DNA of 64,000 nt. Source: an uncultured bacterium. Its GTDB lineage: Bacteria; Patescibacteriota; Minisyncoccia; Phycocordibacterales; PALSA-1337. The notes beneath the pieces are model-generated. The model was not told the origin of the DNA, searched no databases, and saw only the letters and a program-made list of their open reading frames with translations. The position numbers and the translations under genes were made by a program. The first letter of the stretch is position 1; each line of letters starts with the position of its first letter. Of the stretch, positions 38,324 through 48,611 are shown one piece after another. The stretch covers positions 15,275 through 79,274 of the forward strand of contig CAWKEA010000005.1 in NCBI GenBank assembly GCA_963848635.1, in the 5' to 3' direction.

Positions 38324-41300
38324 ATGACTACAACACTCAACAACAAAAAGACGACGATGGAGATACGCGATTTCGACATCGTCAAGCTGTCGCTCGCGTC
38401 GCCGGAAAAGATAGTCGAATGGTCGTATGGCGAGGTGACAAAGCCCGAAACGATCAACTACCGCACGCAACGATCGGAAAAAAGCGGCCTGTTCGATGAG
38501 AAGATCTTCGGACCCGATCGCGATTACGAGTGCTACTGCGGCAAGTATCGCGGCATCCGCTACAAGGGCATCATCTGCGAGAAATGCGGCGTCGAACTGA
38601 CGCGCAGTATCGTGCGCCGCGATCGCATGGGCCACATCGAGCTGTCCGTGCCCGTTTCGCATATCTGGTTCCTCCGATCCATGCCGTCGCGCATCGGCCT
38701 CATCATGGGTCTTCCGACGGCCGACCTTGAAAAGGTCATATATTTTGCAGGCTACATAGTATCCAAAGTCTACGAGGATGAAAAGGAGAAGTTCCTTAAA
38801 GACCTCGATAGCGAATATAAATCAAAGGTAAAGGGCGCGAATGACGACAAGACGAAAGAAGCTCTCAAAGAGCTCCTCGTAAATGCGCGCCGCGAGATCG
38901 AGTCCATCGTCGAAGGCTTTGTCATGGACGAAGCCGTCTTCCATAAATATTCGATGAAATATGGCAGTGTTTTCGAAGCAGGCATAGGGGCCGAGGCTAT
39001 CTACACTATTCTCAAAAATATAGATCTCAAAAAGCTAAAGGCGAATCTTGAGAAGGAGCTCGAGAGCGCGGGATCGCTCGAACATGAAAAGCTCTCTCGC
39101 CGTCTTTCTCTCGTCAAATCGATGATCAAATCGAATTCCCGTCCCGAATGGATGTTCCTCGTGCGCATTCCAGTCATACCGCCAGCGCTTCGCCCAATGG
39201 TCGCCCTCGATGGCGGCAGATTTGCCACATCCGACGTCAACGACCTCTATCGCCGCGTCATCAACCGCAACAATCGTTTGGTCAAGCTCAAGGAGATTCA
39301 CGCTCCTGACGTCATCCTCCGCAACGAGAAACGCATACTCCAAGAAGCAGTCGACGCCCTCATCGATAGCTCGATTCGTCACGGCAGTGCGAACGCGGCG
39401 CAGTCCGCTTTTGCCCAAAAGCACGCCCTCAAATCGCTTTCAGATAATATAAAGAGCAAGCGCGGCCTCTTCCGCCAAAACCTCCTCGGCAAACGCGTCG
39501 ACTATTCCGGACGTTCCGTCATCGTCGTCGGCCCGGAGCTCCACCTCAACCAGTGCGGCCTGCCAAAGCACATGGCGCTCGAATTGTTCCGCCCGTTCAT
39601 CATCAAAGGCCTCCTTCAGCGCGAGCTCGCCTACAATATCCGCGGCGCGGGGCGCCTCATCGACGACCAGGCAAAAGAAGTCTGGGAGATCTTGGAAGAA
39701 GTGATCAAGGACAAGTACGTGCTTCTCAATCGCGCTCCTACCTTGCACCGCCTCGGCATCCAAGCCTTCAAACCGATCCTCATCGAAGGCAATGCCATCC
39801 AGGTGCACCCGTTGGTCTGTACCGCTTTCAACGCCGACTTTGACGGCGATCAGATGGCTGTCCACGTTCCGCTCGGCATCGAAGCTCAAGCAGAAGCTCG
39901 CGAGATCATGGCTTCGGACAAGAACATCCTCAAGCCTGGCAACGGCGATCCAACTATCATCTCAAAGCTCCTCGACATCGTCCTCGGCTGTTTCTGGATA
40001 ACCAAGACTGTCGAGAAAGGCACAGGCGAAGGCAAGGTATTCGAAAGCCCGGCTGATGCGTGTCTCGCACGAGAGTATGGCATCGTGGACTATCGTTCAA
40101 AGATCAAGGTCATGCCGGATGATTCTCAAAAATACGCCCAATTCGAAGGGAAGCTCTTCGAAACGACAGTCGGCCGCATCCTCTTTAACAATATCCTGCC
40201 GGCTGATTATCCATTCATCAACAAAGAGATCAACAAAGACAAGCTTTCCGGCATCATCGACGACCTCATAACCGCGCGCGGCGTCGGAGAGATTCCCGCC
40301 ATTCTCGACAAGGTCAAGGCGTTCGGCTTCTATTACGCCACGTATTCCGGCACAACATGGGGCATCGACGACATCGTCATCCCGAAAGGCAAGAACGAAG
40401 TCATCGGCAAAGCAAAGGTCCAGAGCGAGCTCATCGGGAAGCAATATGACGAAGGCCTTTTGACAGAAGAAGAGCGCGTCAGAAAAAACATAGAACTGTG
40501 GCACAAGGCAAAGAGCGACATCGAGAAGCTCATCCCTGGTTCGCTCGACAAGATGGGCCCTGTCTACGATATGATCACATCAAAAGCCCGCGGTTCGCTC
40601 TCCCAGATCGTCCAGATGGCCGGAATGAAAGGCCTTATCGCTTCCACTTCTGGCGAGATCATCGAGTTCCCGATCCTATCATGCTCAAAGGAGGGTTTGA
40701 CTCCTATCGAATATTTCATCACCACTCACGGCGCGCGCAAGGGTCTGACCGATACGGCTTTGAACACTGCAAAGGCCGGCTACTTGACTCGCAAGCTCTT
40801 CGTCGTGGCGCAGGACGTCATGATCAGCGAAGACGATTGCGGCACAAAAGAGAGCATCATCATAAAGAAACAGAGCGCTTCCGGCATAGAGATACCGCTA
40901 TCCAAGAACATCCGTGGCCGTGTCCTTGCCGAAGACATAGAATCTACTGACGGCAAAGTCATGTTCAAGAAAGGCCATCTTCTTTCAAAAGGGGAGGCAC
41001 AAGCAGTCGAGGCGGCTGGCATCACTTCCGTCCATGTCCGCTCGCCGCTCTCATGCAAGACGATCCGCGGAGTGTGCGCCCAATGCTACGGGCTTGACCT
41101 CGGCAAGAACGAGATGATCGCTCTCGGCGAGGCGGTCGGCACCGTCGCCGCTCAAGCCATCGGCGAGCCTGGCACACAGCTCACGATGCGTACCTTCCAC
41201 TCTGGCGGTGCGGCATCAGCGGCAGGCGACATCACAGCCGGTCTGCCTCGAGTCGAAGAGATATTCGAAAAGCGCAGTCCGAGAAATCCAGCGGTCGTCG

Positions 41301-42037
41301 CCACTGTCGACGGCATGGTTTCCGAGATCCGCGACATGAACAAAGAGAAAGTGCTCGTCGTCATCCCTGATATAGGCCATATCGCTCCTACAAAATCCAA
41401 GTCAAAGAAAAAAACGTCTGAGGATGGAAAGACCGAGGCAGTCGAATACCACTTCCACTATCGCCGCACGCCGTTCGTCAAAGTCGGCGACAAGGTAAAG
41501 AAGGGCGAGCTTTTGACTGACGGATCGGCTGATATCGACGAGATATTCGCCAATGCCGGATCAGATCGGGCGAAGGAATACGTCATCAGCGAAGTCGGAA
41601 AGATCTATGAGCTTCAAGGCGAGACTGTGTCGCGCAAGCATATCGAAGTCATCGTCAAGCAGATGTTCAGCAGAAAGCGCATCGCCGACGCAGGCGACAC
41701 GAATCTGGCGGACGGCATGGTCGTCGATGATCTTCAGCTGGCCGAAGAGAACAAGAAAGCGAAATCCGCCGACGGTTCCTCAGCCACCGCGGAGCCTATC
41801 GCTCTCGGCATCACCGAAGTATCGCTGTCGCGCAAGAGCTTCCTCTCCGCGGCATCATTCCAGCACACGACTCGCGTCCTCATCGGCAATGCCGTCCGAG
41901 GCGCCGAGGACGATCTGCAAGGCCTCATGGAGAATGTCATCATCGGCCGTCTCATTCCCGCCGGCACCGGTTACCCTGGCTCTCCAAAAGCGGCCATGAT
42001 TGAGAAAATCCGCCCGAAGGAGACGATCACTGAATAA
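38324..42037 (+). CDS. rpoC: DNA-directed RNA polymerase beta' subunit
   Basis: Zn finger CYCGKYRGIRYKGIICEKCGVE, the catalytic NADFDGDQMAVHVP, trigger-loop and C-terminal motifs. Intact 1237-aa ORF. Confidence 0.9.
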   Translation: MTTTLNNKKTTMEIRDFDIVKLSLASPEKIVEWSYGEVTKPETINYRTQRSEKSGLFDEKIFGPDRDYECYCGKYRGIRYKGIICEKCGVELTRSIVRRDRMGHIELSVPVSHIWFLRSMPSRIGLIMGLPTADLEKVIYFAGYIVSKVYEDEKEKFLKDLDSEYKSKVKGANDDKTKEALKELLVNARREIESIVEGFVMDEAVFHKYSMKYGSVFEAGIGAEAIYTILKNIDLKKLKANLEKELESAGSLEHEKLSRRLSLVKSMIKSNSRPEWMFLVRIPVIPPALRPMVALDGGRFATSDVNDLYRRVINRNNRLVKLKEIHAPDVILRNEKRILQEAVDALIDSSIRHGSANAAQSAFAQKHALKSLSDNIKSKRGLFRQNLLGKRVDYSGRSVIVVGPELHLNQCGLPKHMALELFRPFIIKGLLQRELAYNIRGAGRLIDDQAKEVWEILEEVIKDKYVLLNRAPTLHRLGIQAFKPILIEGNAIQVHPLVCTAFNADFDGDQMAVHVPLGIEAQAEAREIMASDKNILKPGNGDPTIISKLLDIVLGCFWITKTVEKGTGEGKVFESPADACLAREYGIVDYRSKIKVMPDDSQKYAQFEGKLFETTVGRILFNNILPADYPFINKEINKDKLSGIIDDLITARGVGEIPAILDKVKAFGFYYATYSGTTWGIDDIVIPKGKNEVIGKAKVQSELIGKQYDEGLLTEEERVRKNIELWHKAKSDIEKLIPGSLDKMGPVYDMITSKARGSLSQIVQMAGMKGLIASTSGEIIEFPILSCSKEGLTPIEYFITTHGARKGLTDTALNTAKAGYLTRKLFVVAQDVMISEDDCGTKESIIIKKQSASGIEIPLSKNIRGRVLAEDIESTDGKVMFKKGHLLSKGEAQAVEAAGITSVHVRSPLSCKTIRGVCAQCYGLDLGKNEMIALGEAVGTVAAQAIGEPGTQLTMRTFHSGGAASAAGDITAGLPRVEEIFEKRSPRNPAVVATVDGMVSEIRDMNKEKVLVVIPDIGHIAPTKSKSKKKTSEDGKTEAVEYHFHYRRTPFVKVGDKVKKGELLTDGSADIDEIFANAGSDRAKEYVISEVGKIYELQGETVSRKHIEVIVKQMFSRKRIADAGDTNLADGMVVDDLQLAEENKKAKSADGSSATAEPIALGITEVSLSRKSFLSAASFQHTTRVLIGNAVRGAEDDLQGLMENVIIGRLIPAGTGYPGSPKAAMIEKIRPKETITE

Positions 42038-42099
42038 TGATCGACTTTCATTAATTAAAGTAAAACAAGGCCTGTCAGCAGGCAGGAAAAGAAAGACAA

Positions 42100-42127
42100 A
42101 AAGCGGCACGTCGAAGCCGCTTTTTTG
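42100..42127 (+). terminator. rho-independent terminator after rpoC
   Basis: aaaaagcggc-acgtcgaa-gccgcttttttg is a 6-bp GC stem plus a T-tract. Confidence 0.6.
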
Positions 42128-42204
42128 CTTATATATATTTACGACACAAAATTTTTGTCAGCACGAGTTTACAATATCATCGTGCTTGATATAATTATGC
42201 CACG

Positions 42205-42852
42205 ATGAACACTCCCTTTGAAGAAAAAATGGCAACTCGGCTAGAGTCGATGACGTCGCATCTTGAATCGATCACTCGATCGATCGGTAAACTTGCCACA
42301 AAAGACGAACTAAACATCGCAGTTTCCAAGCTATCAACAAAGGACGAGCTGAGTATCGCAGTTTCCAAGCTATCAACAAAGGACGAGCTGAGTATCGCTG
42401 TTTCAAAACTTGCAACAAAAGATGAACTAGATACAGCTGTTTCTAAACTTGCAACAAAAGATGAACTGAGTATCGCTGTTTCTAAACTTGCAACAAAAGA
42501 TGAATTAGATACAGCTGTTTCCAAGCTATCAACAAAGGACGAGCTGACCATCGCTGTTTCCAATCTTGCAACGAAGGATGAGATGACGGATACCATTAAT
42601 GATGCAGTCGACAGTTTAGCCGGAGCCGTAAAGAAAGGCTTCGATGAAGTCCATGAAAAATTCACAGAAATTGACGAGAGGTTCACAAAAGTAGACGAGA
42701 GGTTCGATTCTTTGGAGAGAAAAGTCGATCGTATGAACGATAGCTTCACCAACCAGCTCGATTACTTCCAGCTCTACTATCCGACACGAAAAGAGTTCGT
42801 GGATCTTGATTCTAGAATGACGAGAGCCGAGAGAAAATTAAAAATACGGTAG
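42205..42852 (+). CDS. hypothetical protein with nine tandem 11-residue repeats (LATKDELSIAVSK-type) and a C-terminal coiled coil
   Basis: The translation shows (K)L(A/S)TKDEL(S/D/N/T)(I/T)AVS repeated nine times with period 11, followed by ERFTKVDERFDSLERKVDRM heptads. Confidence 0.6.
   Translation: MNTPFEEKMATRLESMTSHLESITRSIGKLATKDELNIAVSKLSTKDELSIAVSKLSTKDELSIAVSKLATKDELDTAVSKLATKDELSIAVSKLATKDELDTAVSKLSTKDELTIAVSNLATKDEMTDTINDAVDSLAGAVKKGFDEVHEKFTEIDERFTKVDERFDSLERKVDRMNDSFTNQLDYFQLYYPTRKEFVDLDSRMTRAERKLKIR
42287..42583 (+). repeat. 33-bp tandem repeat, about 9 copies in two alternating sequence variants, coding
   Basis: Units such as gtttccaagctatcaacaaaggacgagctgagtatcgca and gtttctaaacttgcaacaaaagatgaactagatacagct alternate head to tail. 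Confidence 0.85.
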
Positions 42853-42860
42853 ATATTGAT

Positions 42861-44276
42861 TTAATCCTGCTTTTTCCTCAAAACGCTTCCATCGCTCGTA
42901 TCCTTGACCTCGTAGCCGCGGGATTCGATCTCGTGGCGCAAGGCGTCTGATTTTTGCCAATCTTTCGCGGCTCTAGCTTCATCGCGAGCTTCCAGAAGAG
43001 CGAAAACATCTGGAGGCAATGATTCGATGCTCGCCGGAGAATCATCGAGCTTTTCCACAACCGATAAACCAAGACCGAGGACGCGATCAAAATCGAGCAA
43101 CGTAGCGCGCTTGTCGGCAGTGGAGAGATGATGATCTTTTATCAATTGCCAGACCAAGGCGATGGCTTCAGGCATGTTTAAGTCGTCATTTATGGCTCTA
43201 CGGAACTTTTCCTGGTAATTTCCATCAATGACTCCTGCTTTGTCTGATTTAAAGCCGATAAAAGCCTCGGCGAGGCGTATAAATGCGTTTTGCGACGCAA
43301 GGACTGCCTCCAACGAGAAATTGACCAGAGAGCGATAATGAGCAGTCAAAAGCCAATATCTATATGCGAGCGGCGAGACGCGGTTCTCTTCGAGGTCGGC
43401 CAGTTTGAGGAAATTATTCTTTGATTTCGACATCTTCTCGTCGCGCACGTTCATAAATCCGCCATGGATCCAATAGTGAACGTACGGCTTGTCTGTCGCA
43501 GACTGGCTCTGGGCGATCTCGTTCGTGTGATGAGGAAAAATGAGGTCGGTGGCGCCGGTGTGGATGTCGATCGTCTCGCCAAGCGCCTTCATTGCCATAA
43601 CCGAACACTCAATATGCCAGCCAGGTCGTCCAGCACCGAATGGGGCGGCCCAAGACGGTTCGGTGTCTTCAACCGCCGGCTTTTCTTCCTTGCTCTCCTC
43701 CTTATCACTAAACTTCCACAGTGCGAAATCTTGCGGCGACTCCTTGTCGTATTCGTCGTTTGCGATGCGGCTTTTTCTCTCTGCCGCAAGCTTCAGATGT
43801 GCAAGCTCTCCGTATCCTTTTACTTTTTCGATGCTCATATATACTCCGTCATCCGCTTTATACGCAAAGCCCTTCTCGATCAGCTTTCCGATGAGCGCGA
43901 TCATGCCATCGATATTCTCCGTTGCGCGCAAGAGGATATTGGGCGTCAAGATGTTCAACGTATGTATGTCATTGAGAAAGACCTTTTCGTAGTGCCGAGT
44001 AAGTTCACCCAAGGGCTTCTTCTCGGCCTGCGACCTGCGGATCGTCTTGTCATCAACGTCTGTGATATTCATCACTTGCGTCACCTCATAATCGTTGTAT
44101 TCAAAGACTCGTCGGACGAGGTCATCCATTATGAACGTGCGCAGATTTCCAATATGCGCCGTATCGTAGACAGTCGGCCCGCAATTATATATGCCGACCT
44201 TGCCAGCTCTGATCGGCTTGAACAGATCTTTTTTGCCGGAGAGAGTGTTGTAGAGATGCATTTCAGAATTGTTCAT
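42861..44276 (-). CDS. cysS: cysteine--tRNA ligase
   Basis: Class I HIGN (CGPTVYDTAHIGN) and KMSKS motifs with CysRS-specific regions. The true start may be the Met five codons in. Confidence 0.9.
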   Translation of the reverse strand: MNNSEMHLYNTLSGKKDLFKPIRAGKVGIYNCGPTVYDTAHIGNLRTFIMDDLVRRVFEYNDYEVTQVMNITDVDDKTIRRSQAEKKPLGELTRHYEKVFLNDIHTLNILTPNILLRATENIDGMIALIGKLIEKGFAYKADDGVYMSIEKVKGYGELAHLKLAAERKSRIANDEYDKESPQDFALWKFSDKEESKEEKPAVEDTEPSWAAPFGAGRPGWHIECSVMAMKALGETIDIHTGATDLIFPHHTNEIAQSQSATDKPYVHYWIHGGFMNVRDEKMSKSKNNFLKLADLEENRVSPLAYRYWLLTAHYRSLVNFSLEAVLASQNAFIRLAEAFIGFKSDKAGVIDGNYQEKFRRAINDDLNMPEAIALVWQLIKDHHLSTADKRATLLDFDRVLGLGLSVVEKLDDSPASIESLPPDVFALLEARDEARAAKDWQKSDALRHEIESRGYEVKDTSDGSVLRKKQD

Positions 44277-44372
44277 TGAATTATTATATCAGTCGAAAGT
44301 GCCGAGTCAAAAGTCAATGCAAGAATTTCTGACGTAATGGGCTTTTGGCTAAGTACTCGGGACTTTCGACTT

Positions 44373-45293
44373 TTACAGCCATTTCTTCTTTCTAAAATAC
44401 CATACCATGAACAATCCCAAGATGACCATGATGCCGCAGATTATCCAAAAATCGTTTGGTTGGCCGACGATCGGCGTATGGACGGTATTCATCGAAAAAA
44501 GCTCGGCGAACAAAGACAGTGGAAACGTCACGAAAGCCACCACAGTCAGTATCTTCATCGTCTCATTCTGTTTTGTGTTGAGAAGGGAATCATTGGTCTC
44601 TCTCAGCTCCTTTGCCAACTCATGGCCGTTGACCACAGCATCGCGAACCATAGAAAAGTTCTCTTTTATGTCGGACACATAGGGCCCGAATGTCTGGTCA
44701 AAGAAACCTCTCTTGGCTTTATCGAGGGATTCCAGCGTCTCGAAATGAGCGCGGCATGTCTGGCGGAAGTCGAGCAGTTCCCGTGATAGACCCGAAATGA
44801 CCTCGACCATCTCTTTTTCCTCGCCGGCGAATATACTATCCTCTGCGGCCGACAATTCCGCGTTCACTGATTCGATATTGTGGCGCATGTGGTGATACAT
44901 CCGCAGGGTTATGTAGTAGAAGAGATGTCCAGCATGGTCCTCGATCTTTTCTTTTTCCAGAATCGAATTCGTCTCGATGGCCTTGGCGAAATTTTCGAGT
45001 GATTCGATGGCTTTGTAATGGGCAGTGACGACAAAGTCCTTGCCGATGACAAAATCGATCTCATGGTTGATGACGACATGATGGCCATCGCGCTTTATGC
45101 GCACAGGGAACTGCAATATGAGATAAACGTAGTCCTGATAGATGACAGCTTTTGAGGATTCTGAGGGGCCGAGAAGCTCACGTGCGACGAGATGATGCAG
45201 TTTATGGGACTCGGCCACCGACTGCACTTCTTCGGCAGTCGGATTTTGCAGGTCCGTCCAGGAGACTTGGCCATACGTGTATGTTTTGATCAT
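44373..45293 (-). CDS. CorA-family magnesium/cobalt transporter
   Basis: Two C-terminal TM helices with the SMN variant of the G-M-N signature (FSMNTVHTP) and a CorA-like cytoplasmic domain. The start is taken at an internal Met to avoid overlap with the divergent protease gene. Confidence 0.75.
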   Translation of the reverse strand: MIKTYTYGQVSWTDLQNPTAEEVQSVAESHKLHHLVARELLGPSESSKAVIYQDYVYLILQFPVRIKRDGHHVVINHEIDFVIGKDFVVTAHYKAIESLENFAKAIETNSILEKEKIEDHAGHLFYYITLRMYHHMRHNIESVNAELSAAEDSIFAGEEKEMVEVISGLSRELLDFRQTCRAHFETLESLDKAKRGFFDQTFGPYVSDIKENFSMVRDAVVNGHELAKELRETNDSLLNTKQNETMKILTVVAFVTFPLSLFAELFSMNTVHTPIVGQPNDFWIICGIMVILGLFMVWYFRKKKWL

Positions 45294-45372
45294 TGTTTCA
45301 TTATAGAGGGAAAAATGAGAAACGTCGAGTTGCTTATTAACAGCACTTTTGGGATAATAGTGCATCACATCA

Positions 45373-46647
45373 ATGGGCAGATATCCGATCAACACAAAAG
45401 TCGCAATCGCCATCATCGCGGCGGTTGTTTTAATTGCCATCTCTTTTTTCTTTGGCCGACATGAAGGCAGTCAAGAGACATTCAACAGCCTAGTTCCGGC
45501 TGGAGATTCGAGCCTCATCAGCCAGCAGGAGTTCGCCCCATTTTGGCAGGCTTGGAGTCTCCTCCAACAGAAATACGTGCTCGCGACATCGACAGCCACA
45601 GATACTCAAAACAAAGTCTATGGCGCCATCGAAGGCATGGTCGCTTCCGAAGGCGATCCGTACACGGTTTTTTTCCCGCCGGAAGAGAATTCTTTGTTCC
45701 AATCATCTATCGCAGGAACATTCCAGGGAGTCGGTATGGAGATTGATCAAAAAGTCGGCAATATCGTCGTCATAGCTCCGCTCAAGGGAAGTCCCGCCGA
45801 GAAAGCTGGCATAAAAACAGGAGATACTATTGTCTCTATCGATGGAAAATCAACAGGTGGTATGGCTGTCGATACCGCCGTTAACCTTATCAGAGGGCAA
45901 AAGGGCACAACGGTTCATTTATCCGTCCTCCACCAAGACGCGACGGCGCCAGTGGCGATCAACATAGTTCGAGACACAATCGATATCCCCACGATCGATA
46001 CCGAGGTCGAAAACGGCACTGGGAGCTCCTCAGCGACATCGACTGCCTCCGCCGCAGGCCTCCAGCCGAACGGGATCTTCATAATAAAACTGTACGAATT
46101 CACAGCTGATTCTCCTGATCTTTTTCGCGCCGCTCTGCGACAGTTTGTAGAGAGCGGGTCGCACAAGCTTGTCCTCGATCTGCGCGGCAATCCGGGCGGC
46201 TATCTCGAAGCGGCATGGGACATGGCTTCTTATTTCCTACCGGCTGGAGATGTTGTCGTCACCGAAGACTTCGGCAAGAACGGCTCGCCGCAAGTCTATT
46301 ACAGCAAAGGCTACAATATATTCAACAAGAGCCTCGATATGGTCATTCTTGTCGATAGCGGCACAGCATCAGCGGCAGAAATCCTGTCCGGCGCGCTCGA
46401 ACAGCACGGCATAGCAAAGCTGGTCGGCACAAAAACATTCGGCAAAGGATCGGTCCAGGAGCTCATCAATCTGACGCCTGACACGTCGCTCAAGGTCACG
46501 GTTGCTCGTTGGCTGACTCCAGATGGCACCAATCTGTCTGAGAATGGGCTCGTGCCTAACTTCGTCGTACCGCTCACAGCTACGTCGTCGCCGTCGAACG
46601 ATCCACAGATGGCAAAGGCTGTGCAGTTGTTGCAGGCAGAAAAATAA
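45373..46647 (+). CDS. S41 family C-terminal processing peptidase with PDZ domain
   Basis: N-terminal TM anchor, PDZ-like segment (GIKTGDTIVSIDGKS), and a S41 catalytic region (GNPGGYL..., VDSGTASAAEIL, K in TFGKGS). Confidence 0.8.
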   Translation: MGRYPINTKVAIAIIAAVVLIAISFFFGRHEGSQETFNSLVPAGDSSLISQQEFAPFWQAWSLLQQKYVLATSTATDTQNKVYGAIEGMVASEGDPYTVFFPPEENSLFQSSIAGTFQGVGMEIDQKVGNIVVIAPLKGSPAEKAGIKTGDTIVSIDGKSTGGMAVDTAVNLIRGQKGTTVHLSVLHQDATAPVAINIVRDTIDIPTIDTEVENGTGSSSATSTASAAGLQPNGIFIIKLYEFTADSPDLFRAALRQFVESGSHKLVLDLRGNPGGYLEAAWDMASYFLPAGDVVVTEDFGKNGSPQVYYSKGYNIFNKSLDMVILVDSGTASAAEILSGALEQHGIAKLVGTKTFGKGSVQELINLTPDTSLKVTVARWLTPDGTNLSENGLVPNFVVPLTATSSPSNDPQMAKAVQLLQAEK

Positions 46648-46759
46648 TGAGACAGGAACGCAAAACTCAAAGTTCAAAACTCAAAATTGAGGTCTAAAAT
46701 CAGCCATTTTTCTTAAGTTTTGCACTTTGAGTTTTGAATTAATTTATAATTTAACCACC

Positions 46760-47203
46760 ATGAAAATCATTTTACTCAAAGACGTCCCAAAGCTCGGCAA
46801 GAAATATGAGGTCAAGAACGCCTCAGACGGCCATGCCATAAACTTGCTCATTCCGCGCGGATTCGCCATTCCCGCCACGCCGGAGAATCTGCATCGCATC
46901 GAAACAGAGAAAGCAAAATATGAAGGGGAACGGAAAGTCCACGAAACCCTTCTCGCCGAAAATCTGAAGGCTCTCGAGGACACTGTCTTGACTGTTTTCG
47001 GCAAAGCGAGCGACAAAGGCCACCTCTTTGCTAGCCTTCACGCGACTGACATCGTCGCCGCGCTCGCCACACAGGCGCACATACAGATCGATTCGTCGTT
47101 CATCCAGCTCGAGCATCCTATAAAAGAAGTCGGCGATCATATAATCGAAGTAAAAGGGGAAGGGAAGTCGACCAAGTTCAAAGTCATCGTGAAAGTTGCG
47201 TAA
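46760..47203 (+). CDS. rplI: 50S ribosomal protein L9
   Basis: MKIILLKDVPKLGKKYEVKNASDGHAINLLIPRGFA is the canonical L9 N-domain. Confidence 0.85.
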   Translation: MKIILLKDVPKLGKKYEVKNASDGHAINLLIPRGFAIPATPENLHRIETEKAKYEGERKVHETLLAENLKALEDTVLTVFGKASDKGHLFASLHATDIVAALATQAHIQIDSSFIQLEHPIKEVGDHIIEVKGEGKSTKFKVIVKVA

Positions 47204-47364
47204 TACAAGACGCTACTTTCTTTTTGAATCGTATGATCATACGATTCGGCTGGCATCAAAAGAATTATACGGCTATGATTCGTGAAAAATCGTATGATTC
47301 TACGACTCAAAATACCTTCGTTTTGAAAGAGCATACTGATCCCCCGTCTTGAATTCCGCACATC

Positions 47365-47392
47365 AAAAAAGCCCGATCATTGGGGCTTTTTT
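47365..47392. terminator. bidirectional rho-independent terminator between convergent rplI and rpmA
   Basis: aaaaaa-gccc-gatcatt-ggggc-tttttt has an A-tract on one side and a T-tract on the other. Confidence 0.6.
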
Positions 47393-47423
47393 GATTTTCT
47401 TACTAGAAATTTTGTTCACTCAA

Positions 47424-47696
47424 TTATATGACGTGAACGATCTTTTTCCTGACCACATCGCTGTTAAAGCTCGTCTTTCTCTTTGTTCCAAATTGGACAG
47501 TGCCGTCCTTGAGCGCGAAGAGGGTATAGTCCTTGCCAACGCCGATGTTCTTACCAGGCATGATGACTGTGCCGCGCTGACGGACGATAATCTCGCCAGC
47601 CAAGGCTTTTTGGCCATTATTGAGCTTTACGCCAAGGTATTTTGGCTGTGAATCTCGGTCGTTTTTTGTTGTGCCTGCTGATTTCTTATGCGCCAT
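47424..47696 (-). CDS. rpmA: 50S ribosomal protein L27
   Basis: [24 protein letters not shown]... is the canonical L27 N-terminus. Confidence 0.9.
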   Translation of the reverse strand: MAHKKSAGTTKNDRDSQPKYLGVKLNNGQKALAGEIIVRQRGTVIMPGKNIGVGKDYTLFALKDGTVQFGTKRKTSFNSDVVRKKIVHVI

Positions 47697-47891
47697 GGTT
47701 TTGCTTTATTTGTCCCGTAAGTCTATCAAATAAGCCAGAAAAAGGCAAGGAAAAGGGAAGAATGAGACCAAAATCATAGATAGCCGAATACCCAATGATC
47801 ATGGATTCTATACTTCTTTACTTTTAGCTTAAACCATGGTGCAAAAACCCTTATTTTGAGCCATATTTTAATGTTTTGACGTCAAAAATCC

Positions 47892-47920
47892 TTGACAAGA
47901 TATTTGAAAGGTGCTAGGAT
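47892..47920 (+). promoter_or_regulatory. candidate sigma70-type promoter (TTGACA-17 bp-TAGGAT) upstream of the transglycosylase gene
   Basis: The sequence ttgacaagatatttgaaaggtgctaggat leaves a 5' leader of about 110 nt. The leader contains a short palindrome, ataagca-cc-atgcttat. Confidence 0.35.
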
Positions 47921-48035
47921 AGTGTCACTACGAGGCTCATAAGCACCATGCTTATAAAGCCCCGTTTTAATTTATTGTGACAAACGAGAAGCATATGAGA
48001 AGGTAATCATTCTCATATTGTTCGAGTGCCGTCAC

Positions 48036-48524
48036 ATGAAAGTAACCATTATGATCGAACTTACAACCAGCATAGCTTTCCTTGTATCGTCCATATACGG
48101 CTCCGGTTCAGCAAGTACCGCTGTTGCAAGCACGACCAGTGCAGCAATTGCCTCTACGACAGCCGATTCAATAGCTACGACAACCCAAGAAACAGTCATG
48201 GACCGTAGCGCTGTGGAGGCATATATCAAAGCAGAATACACAGATACGCCTATATTGATCGCTATAGCCCAGTGCGAATCGAATTTCAGGCAATTCAACC
48301 CGGACGGCACTGTTGTCCGAGGAAAGATTGATGATCACGATGTCGGCGTCATGCAGATCAATGAGACATATTGGCTTCCAAAGTCAAAATCGCTCGGCGA
48401 TGACATATATACGATTGAAGGCAATGTAGCCTATGCCAAATACTTGTATGCAAAAAACGGCACGGATCCTTGGAATTCATCGGCAAAATGTTGGAGCCAG
48501 AGCGCACCAATAGCCGAGAAGTAA
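48036..48524 (+). CDS. small secreted lytic transglycosylase (SLT/lysozyme-like domain)
   Basis: N-terminal hydrophobic/Ser-Thr-rich region, then AQCESNF (catalytic Glu-Ser), GVMQIN and AYAKYLY, which are hallmarks of family 1 lytic transglycosylases. Confidence 0.6.
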   Translation: MKVTIMIELTTSIAFLVSSIYGSGSASTAVASTTSAAIASTTADSIATTTQETVMDRSAVEAYIKAEYTDTPILIAIAQCESNFRQFNPDGTVVRGKIDDHDVGVMQINETYWLPKSKSLGDDIYTIEGNVAYAKYLYAKNGTDPWNSSAKCWSQSAPIAEK

Positions 48525-48611
48525 GGGTTCTTCTTCACAGATAAATTAGAATATCTCCCAACAAAAGCGGAATAGTGTCCGCTTTTGTTTTGCATATCAC
48601 ATAAAGAAATC

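Noticed and set aside
42287-42583. Possible CRISPR array (regular short direct repeats)
   Set aside because: The 33-bp units are contiguous with no spacers and maintain an open reading frame. This is a coding tandem repeat, not repeat-spacer architecture. No cas genes are in the window.
42195-42752. 185-aa minus-strand ORF with its own repeats (SFVASLETAILSS..), overlapping the repeat-protein gene
   Set aside because: It is the antisense shadow of the 33-bp tandem-repeat gene. The plus-strand product has a coherent amphipathic repeat and coiled coil and follows a terminator and promoter-like spacing.
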